This document shows, one piece after another, positions 55,401-64,000 of a DNA stretch of 64,000 nt. The stretch is taken from the NCBI GenBank assembly GCA_937625935.1, contig OW569391.1, positions 1 to 64,000 on the forward strand, read 5' to 3'. The notes under the pieces were generated by a model. That model had not been told where the DNA came from and did not search any database. It was given only the letters and a program-made list of their open reading frames with translations. Each line of letters begins with the position of its first letter. Position 1 is the first letter of the stretch. The stretch is from Tetramitus jugosus (taxonomy: Eukaryota; Protista; Heterolobosea). The position numbers and the translations under genes are program-made.

Positions 55401-56889
55401 TAAGGATGCTGCCGATGATACCAAGTACGAGCGTGAAAAGATGCCAAATCTGCCACCTAACTATCTCTTTGGTTCAATCTTCTACAATGCTTCATTCAAG
55501 GTTGCTAACGATTTGTACAAGAGTTTTGTAGGACATGAGCATGTTGAGGCTATCATCAGACTTGTGGGTCAGGAGTCACTGGCTCTCATTGTTGAAACTT
55601 GCATCTCCTTCATTGAAGATAAGTTGACCAATGATTTGGCACCATATATCAGTGCTCTGATGGAGGCTATTCCAGTTCGTGTTATCCTTCAGCCAGCTGC
55701 TTATACACTTGAGGGTGTGTATGGATACTTCCAAATGACTTTCAGAGATTTCCTCCATTATCAGGAGTTGAAGACTGGTGTCTTCCAAAGTTTCAGAGTT
55801 CTTGGTAACTGCATTGCTTTCCTCTTGCTTTTGGACACTTGCCAGCTCTCACAGAACATTACTAATTTCATGAGCGGTGCTCCATTCCTTGGTATGCGAC
55901 CATTGTCTAGTTCAGGAAACAAGAAGCGTGAGGAGTTATTGAGCGACATGTTGGACAGGGAAGAAGATGTTGCAACAAACAATTTGAGAAACCGTGGTAC
56001 ATCAATGGTTGGTTTCGAAGAACTCATTGATTTGGAAAAGTTGTCTGATTTGTTTGTTGTGCGTCACAATCCTGAGAACACACCATTGGTGCAAAAGTTG
56101 AAGACCTTTGTCAGTGATCCAAACATTCAAAATGTTATCAGAGCCAAAGAAATGAGCAAGGATCTGCCACAACAAGCTGCAAGAGCTGTCAAGATGTACA
56201 CTCCTCCAAGAGAGATGACATCTCTATTCAAGCAATTGCTTGAGAGAATGGGAGGTTTCCTGGATAAGGTTAGAGAGCCATGGAAGGGTACTTCTCCATC
56301 GGATCGTTTGCAAAGACTGGATTACTCCAAGGAATTCTACAGACTGTGGGGTATTCTTCAATTCGTGTTCTGTTTGAAGGACAAGCGTCATTCAGGTTAC
56401 TCTGACTTTGAGATTTTCGGTGATGGCTTTTCATGGGCTGGCTGTACTATTATCTACTTGTTCGGGCAACAGCTGAGATTTGATGCTTTCAACTTCTCAG
56501 ATCACGTCATGAATATTAATTTGTTCTCTGATGCTGGTCGTGACAGAATGCAAGACTTCTTGCAAACTGCCACTGAAGTTCGTATTCTGAACGACAGAGT
56601 GTTCAACACCTTGAGGGCTTGCCACCCAATGGCTCAGAATCCTCCTAATCATATCGAACCTCCAACTACGGAAGAGTTCACAAAGGTCAGAGTGATTACC
56701 TCTGTTGATACAACTGCCCACAGACAAACCATGGCCCATCAATCTGGTAACACTGAAAACTTTGGTCAATACAGAGAGCAAGCACCACCTCCACCACCTC
56801 AAACGAACAGCAGTGCTCCACCACCCCCACCACCTCCAGCAAGCAGTGGAGCCCCTCCTCCACCACCTCCACCACCACCAATGCAATAA
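52470..56889 (+). CDS. CYFIP: CYFIP/Sra1/PIR121, WAVE regulatory complex subunit (introns 52659-52847 and 53210-53315)
   Basis: LYTYRS.S.ALPQ, LDALKNMKA, LWYREFYLEM, QFPIEMSLPWIL, FLYDEIEAE and EFYRLW. Both GTATGT..TAG introns restore the frame. Confidence 0.96.
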
Positions 56890-57063
56890 GTGGTTTGGAC
56901 TCATTTCCTATAAATTATTTACTATACCCTTAAATCTTATCATCTCCTTACGTAAAGTATGGCGACAAATCCAAAAAAGTAAAACGTTGAGAATTTATTC
57001 AAACAAAATTCTTCATGACAACATGGAGGTTGTTCACCAACCAGTTACGTACCGCGGACTGGT

Positions 57064-60000
57064 TCATAGCCAGTCATCTTCACTGACCTTATCAAATAGA
57101 AGAGTGCAAGGTCCAATATCGCATATTCTCGTGTCAATTAGAGTCTCTTGCTTTTCATCTCCCTGAGTGATAAACACTGAAATCTGATCCTTTGGTAATC
57201 CATAAACTGCCTTGATTTTCGCTTGTTGACTGATTTCAAAGAGAGTACTCTGACTTGGGACTGACATTGCCTTCTTTCTTCCCTCAGAGTTCTGTACAAA
57301 TATTTGAATAATTTTAGTGATGTTCCCTGATTGATCATCCTCGTTATCTGTTATTGACAAGTTCTCTTCGACATCATCTACACTCTGAACAAGAGGAGAT
57401 TCTTCAACTGGTGGCGCTAGGTTATCGATCACTTCAGTTTGTTCCTGTGCTGACGTGATCTCCTCTTCGAGTCTTGCTTGCAATAATTGGGCTTCTAACT
57501 CAATCTTCTGTTTCTCTTCCTCTAACTTTCTATTCAATTCTTCCTGTTCTCTCCTTACTCTTTCCTCCTCTTGCTCCTTTTTAAGTTGTTCCTGCAACTG
57601 TCTTTCTCGTTCTACACGTTCTTCCTCCTCTCGAGCAATTTGTCTTTCTCGTTCTACAAGTTCTAGCTCGGCTTGTTTCTCTATTTGTTCCTTCTCCTTC
57701 CTCTCTTCCTCCAATCTCTGTTCTTCTAATAGTTTCTTTTCTTCCTCTTGTTTCTTTCTTTCCAGCTCTTGCACTTTCTCCTCTTCTCGTTTCATCTGTT
57801 CTTGTCTTCGCTTCATGGCTAGTTCAAGTTCAGTATTGGTAGGAGGTGCAGCCTGAGGGATACTCTTTGGTTTTACCACAGGAGAAGTTGGTCTTAATCT
57901 CGGTGGGAGTACAGGTTGTTGTTCTTCCTGTTCAGGTCTGGTTCTTAAAGGGATCATTGGAGGTCGAGCTTCACTTGATTGTGCTTGTGGAGAAACAGGC
58001 GATGATATTTGACGTGGCTGTTGTGGCCGTTGGGGAGCTGCGTGGGATGTTCCGATATTCAAACCTACTACCTGCATCGAGTTTCGCACGTGGTCATTCT
58101 CTACCTGTTTCAGCAGCATTATTGACTGACGAGTCGAGGGAAGTCTTCGGTTTCCTTTGTGAGACAGACCTGCCTTCTTGACAGTGTCGAGCGGAGACTT
58201 TAGATTGCGTGTAGATAGGTCAATCTGTGCTGCAGGGGCTACGGTTTGAGGTTTTGATAGATTTCTCGTTGATGGTCTTGGAGGAACAACAACAGCCGAT
58301 TGTTGTGGAGGTGGAGTAAGAGGCGGTTGAGGCTTTTGAGGGATTGCAGGTGGTTGTGAAGATGGCAACGGTGGTGACATGACTGGTGGTGCTCGAGAAG
58401 GCAGTTGAGGCGTCAACTGTGGCGGTGACATTTGAGGTGTTGATGGCTGTCGTGGAGACATGGAAGGAGGCACTGGTTGCTGTTGCAATAGAGGAGCTAC
58501 TCTTTGCGGTACTGGCGGTGGTGCTTGTTGTAATGGAGGAGATAGAGTTGTCACTGTTTCTGCTTTTGGAGACACAAGGGGTGGTTGGAGGGATCTCTGT
58601 GGAGGTGGTGGAGCTTGTTGTGATGGAAGTTGAGGAGGGGAGATGCTTGGAGGGGATGGTCGAGGTGCTTCGTCCTGCTCAATCTCTTCCTTTTGTCCAT
58701 CGTCGGGAGTAGTTTGTTCCACGATATCAATGTCAGTAGGCTGGAAGTCGATCCATGATGGTTGTCTTCGAGACTCTTGAGAGTAATTGTTCCGCTTTGG
58801 AGGAGTGGGTGGTGGAGAGGCCACTTGATCCATTTTGTTGGAGAGAGTTGGCTTCGTAGATGGTACAGGTGGCGATGGCGATGGGACACTATCTGTATAT
58901 ATTTGATTTCTCTGATTGACAGTAGGACTGTTACGAAGCGCCTCCACCTTTTCATGTGTTACATTGGTCAAAGACTCAACCTTTTGGGTTGTTTCCACCT
59001 CTTTAAGTTTGAAAATGGTCTCTGATCGGTTTACCCTCTTTGGCATCTTGTTTCCAATCTTCTTTTGTGTGAACCGGTCGAGAGCAGTAGTTTTAGGTTG
59101 TACAGATCTCTCACTGACACATTCTGTTGGAATCAATCCTTGACTACGATCCATGAGACGAACAAGTGACAATCCATCCTTTCTCCTCTCCAATATATCT
59201 ACAATCATTCCAGTAGATACACTCACTTCGAGTCCAGATAAAGCACCATAATCATTAACGATACTTCCTCTGCCGAGTGCAATCTTTGTCGTATCCTTCA
59301 CATAATCCTCACTAATATTGGTAAACATATTGTCCATGATACGAGCATGGTTATGTAGCGTGCTCTGTCTCGTTTTCGTTACTTGACACACCTCGAAACT
59401 CGTCGCATCCTTCTTCAATTCATCTCTCCATTTCTCCCATTCCAGCTTTGTCGCAACAAAGCAATTCAATCGTATCTTGCCCTTTCTCTCGCCACTCGCA
59501 CTCACAATGACATCGAACCTGTACTTTATCATGTTGTGGAACACTGGTAAATCACCTTCGACAATCAAATCCTTGAATTGCTTTGGATTGCTTGACTCAT
59601 ACATGATCAACGAACATCCAGACGTCAGAAACAGACCACTGAGCTGACACTTTTTCGTGAAAAATGTGAGATGACACTTGTTGTCAAAGACACCCATGTA
59701 TGGCTTGTATGTCTCCTTGTCAGAGTTTGTCATGATGAACACAACACCACTCTGCACATATTGATAATCCTTGTGCAACGATTGTTGGAATTGCTGCTTC
59801 ATGACCGTTCTGTGAGCTCCTAGTGCATCCACGTCCCAAGCTTCCGTTTGCAAGTGCTTGTAAGCATCTTGCGAGTAGAGTTCTTCAACACTGACAGGAT
59901 CAACTCTGAGAGCTCCATGCACCAACAACATATTGATCCAACCAACCATCTCATCCTCTGAATCACAAGCTAAAAACACAAACTTGTCTGTATTTCACAA

Positions 60001-60420
60001 TTCATCAATCGTAACAAATTTTTGGCGCGAAAAAAATTGTAAGTTAACTCTGACCGACAATTCGTGTTGAGCGACGCAACTGAATGTAAAAATGTCGATC
60101 AACACCATAGCTTACCATCAAAAACACACAAGGTACATACCTCTTGAGCTATCCTTTTGATGAATCTTGAACGTAAATGATCTTCTCGAAAAATTTTCAT
60201 ATCCCTCTGCAACGGGTCGATTCTCCACATTGATTACATGTTTTGCTTTCATACTACCCAGAGAATAACTACTACTGCTATTTCCACTATTCGTACTTGA
60301 GGATGTCTCATTTGTCTCAAACAACGACAATTGTTCATCCTTGAGAATTGCATGATATTTTTTCCAATAGTTACCCTTTAGAGTACTCTTCTCTTGACGA
60401 TAGAGAGCACCTTGTCTCAT
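57064..60420 (-). CDS. PH + SH3-like + proline-rich + coiled-coil protein with a possible C-terminal ubiquitin-like fold (intron 59988-60140)
   Basis: PH (MRQGALY..WKKYHAIL..FLACDSEDEMVGWI), SH3-like (DY...EVSVSTGMIVDILE..GLIPTECV), PxxP tracts and an E/R/K-rich coil. Confidence 0.85.
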
Positions 60421-60845
60421 TTTTTAAACGCTTGTCGATGATGTTGTTGGTTTTTCGGTATATTCGTAGCCAGCTTTTTGGTGTGTTTTCGTTGCCACTG
60501 ACGAGATTTTTTGAGCCGACATCTCAAACGTCATCGGATTTGTTGCATATTCCGACTTATGAAGCTGAGGAAGAACTCATCATTTCAACGCTATTCTTCC
60601 TTGATTACCGGCGTAATGTACACCAAAACACAGTGGAGAGTACTTCAGCTAATCTGATGAATTTGAGATATCCAAGAATGTAGTGTGGATAATTTGTCGT
60701 TATTACCCGTCGCGGCTGTAATTTACTCTGAGACGATGACCGGATCATTACGATAACAGGTTTTTCCCTCGATAAGGAAATTGCCTAAATGGTGCTTTTT
60801 GTGAACAAAAAACAGAGAAGCAGTAAGTACAGAGAAAATAACAGA

Positions 60846-63800
60846 ATGATATCTTTATTCAAGAGGCTTGTGTGCTCATTGTGTGCTACAATAGGAATTT
60901 TGTTACTCTTTCCCGCACCAATTGAATCGATCTCTCAGTACTTTTGTAGTCGATGCTTGGATATTAAGGTGAATCCAGAACCTGGATCTACAATAAGTTC
61001 AACCACTACATTCACTTTCGAGTTTGGTGGAAGTTTAGTTTTGCAGAATGGACTAGACTTAACAAGCATAAACGGTCCGCTGACAGACAACCAAATGAGA
61101 GATAGATTTATCAATCGACCATATTCATACAATGGGGAGGTGCAATATCCTGCTTGTGTGTATTTAACAGATAATTCTGTTGTCTATAAATCTAACTTGA
61201 TGACAAGATTTGGATCTGATAGGAAATTCGCTCTCAGATTTGCTTCTCTTCCCGCGAATGCTATTTTTCGATTGTATATATCCTGTAGATGTTTACTAAC
61301 TCTAGACGAGTTTGAAACCGATCCCACGAACTTTATGTACTATTCAACTGGGGCTGCTCTCCCGAATGCCCCTAGAGTTCATGAAAATTTTTGTGACAAC
61401 CCAGCGTTTGTCAGATCTAATATTTCTTTGGAACCTAGTTCGCTTCCTCTTACCCCTATCCCTGATGTTCTGGTAGAAAATTCCAAGGTGAAGTTTTATC
61501 TTCCTCATGATGCTTCGGAGCAACTTAATTTCACGTTCATGAGTTTCTATGATCACACACTTACTCATTATGAACTCTTACACCCTCTGAAGCTTGTTGG
61601 TTCCAAATACAACAAAACTCAAACTCTAATATCCTTGCAATGGATCCAGGTGGCAACATCCTTACTGGAGAAAATTTCTTATGTCCAAGATAATCCAGTT
61701 CCCGGATTATTTTCGGTGCGTAGACAAAAGGTCCAACTCTTGTATGATATGTATAAGTTAGACAATGAATCCATTACCCTTACTGTGGGATATGAAGATT
61801 TTAAGGTTAGTTTTCATATTTCCTTCTTTGCTTTTTGGAACGTACTAAGAGTTCTTCTAGAATTTACCAGAAGGAGATCCTCAGAAGACCTTGAATACAA
61901 GCGAAATTGAAGAGCGGTTTGGGCAAGCATATTCTTCATATTTTGATTTTTTGAATGGAACCATCATCGAAATTTCCTACATGGGATACACCGAGGAGTT
62001 TCCATTTCCTTTTTGGAGAATGAGTTACACGGTTTCCGATAGTTGGGTATACTGTGACGCTGGTAGAGCACGAAATTCTATTGAAGAATCTAAGGGAGCG
62101 TATCACTCACTCAGACCAGAGTTTTATAGAATTTTTGAGGTGTACTCTCTGAAGCCCCCTACAGTGGATCATCGGTTCATTCTTGACATACATCACGGAG
62201 TTTTCAATCAAGGATTTACTATTAATCAGGGAGATGTAGAGATATCCAACATTGTTGTTAGGTATCACGATAGAGATGTTTATCAAGATGGTTTAGAAAA
62301 GTATGCCATGGCATTCACAGCACGTCAGTACGATGCTGAGTTGGATGTGAATTCGATTAGTTTTGTTCCTCTACAGTATGCTGATCCTGTCAATACTTAC
62401 AATACTATTTACATGACTCCTGAGTACTTTAAGAATGTAGTGTCTTGCGATCAACGACCCTATACTGGTCTCGAGCATTCAATGACATTTTACACAAGAA
62501 ATATTTCTCATTCAGTTCAGAAACTCGCGGGATACGCAAACAGACTTCAACAGAGTAATAGTATTCGCTTGGAAGGATCGAATCTTGTACTAACTTATGA
62601 TGACGTCAGTATTAACGAGTTGACAGTGGAGATCAGCTCGTCGGTGTTGAACTTTAAAGAAGCCTATATTGGCGAAGTCTCATACGCATTACTCCCTAAT
62701 CGAAGTGCTCACTATGAGAAAAACGCTGACTATGTTTTATCCTTCATGAATAGTGGAGAAACCAATGCCACTTTTTCCCTAGAATTGACATGCATCGCTC
62801 AAGTGTTTATCCATGGAGCCAGCAAGCATGAAGTTTCACTGAGCGCCAAGGAGAGTGTCACATACACCTTTTCCTTGAAATCTACAGTGACAGATGAATT
62901 TATTTTATCAAAAGTTTGCAACTCTTCCATCGTAGTACATAAACTTCCGCTATGGACAAATACTAACAAAACAGTGGTACATTCTGACATTCAGTTGGAT
63001 CACGGATATTTCATTCCACGATGTGAGGTGTATTTTGTGGAACCATTCTTACAGTACTCCAAAGGAGAGTTTACTATTGATCCTTCGATAATGTTGGATA
63101 CCCCAAATCCATTTAATTTCACAATCCTCAGTGACTGGATTCTGGATGGTTCTCAACTGAAGAATAATGCCAGTATCATAGTTAAAAATGGTGCCGAGGA
63201 ACCTATTCAAGCCAATATCTCTGTGGCCCTAAGTTGCAAAGAATTCGATGTTTTACCGATGTATTATCAGAGTCTAGTACTGTCCGATGGAGACGTTTCG
63301 CTTCTCTCGTTTGAAATATTGACTAAACCTATCAGCACGGAATATGTCTTCAACAATCGGAAATCGATGAACTATTCCTGCTTTCTCAATGTAACTATTG
63401 ATATCCAAGATGATTGTTGGAGTACGATAGGTAAGGCTTTTTATGGGACTATTGATATTTTCGTTGACTTTGAGTGCCCCAATGGGTACACAGGTACTCT
63501 TTGCACAGTACCAATCTGCTCGAAGAATACGGACAATGGTTTGGCATGCTCTGGTCATGGAAACTGTACTGCACCAGACACCTGTCAATGTTCCGATGGA
63601 TACTCAGGAAGAGATTGTGAAATATTTTCTTGTTATGGAGTCGATAGCGCAAACAAGAGTGCTTGTTCTGGATATGGTAACTGTACTACTCCAGATACAT
63701 GTACATGTGACAGTGAACACTCTGGCGAAGAGTGTCAGTACCCTATCTGTTATGGTGTATCATCAAATCATTCCAGTGTCTGTTCTGGATCAGGTGTTTG

Positions 63801-64000
63801 TTCCTATCCCAACAATTGTACATGCTATGATACTTTCTCTGGAGTTGAATGTCAATATCACAGCTGTTATGGCTATGAAGAAACCAACTCGAGTGTATGC
63901 TCAGGGAACGGAACTTGTACTCAACCGAACATTTGTGAATGTAACATTGGGTACACTGGTCCTCAGTGTGATATTCCAAAATGTTTTACAATCAACGCCA
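60846..64000 (+). CDS. Large secreted or surface protein with EGF-like repeats (intron 61806-61860), incomplete at the window end
   Basis: Signal peptide and Ig-like start (VNPEPGSTIS..FTFEF). After a 55-nt GT..AG intron the frame continues to EGF repeats from ~63475 and is still open at 64000. Confidence 0.88.

Overview
Left end of a eukaryotic chromosome, with no prokaryotic operons or CRISPR arrays. It opens with a (CCCAAA)n telomere (G-strand TTTGGG, 1-774). A ~13.5 kb subtelomeric patchwork follows: a hairpin cluster with an internal telomere seed, tRNA-Gly(GCC), an intact ZIFL-type MFS transporter, several decayed ORFs, and a well-preserved ~550 bp 28S rRNA fragment abutting a decayed Fanzor/TnpB-like nuclease gene. 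From ~14.4 kb the window is gene-dense and intron-poor and uses the standard genetic code. Genes there include RGS-START, an SDR, a complete eukaryotic NAD(P)H nitrate reductase, a four-domain saposin precursor, F-box/LRR proteins, a PhyH dioxygenase, an RCC1-EGF membrane protein, Tom22, CLPTM1, DEP-DUF547-RGS, p23, HscB, TRMT10, a PPR-like protein, a putative mitochondrial RuvC resolvase, SNAPC1-PHD, CYFIP/Sra1, a PH-SH3 proline-rich protein and a large EGF-repeat protein running off the window. Gene content and telomere motif suggest a heterolobosean (Naegleria-like) amoeba; this is an inference. The most interesting items are the 28S fragment/Fanzor relic junction, the orphan nitrate reductase next to an SDR lacking its catalytic Lys, the organellar RuvC, and the subtelomeric hairpin cluster. 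All family assignments come from motifs recognised by eye; no database search was run.
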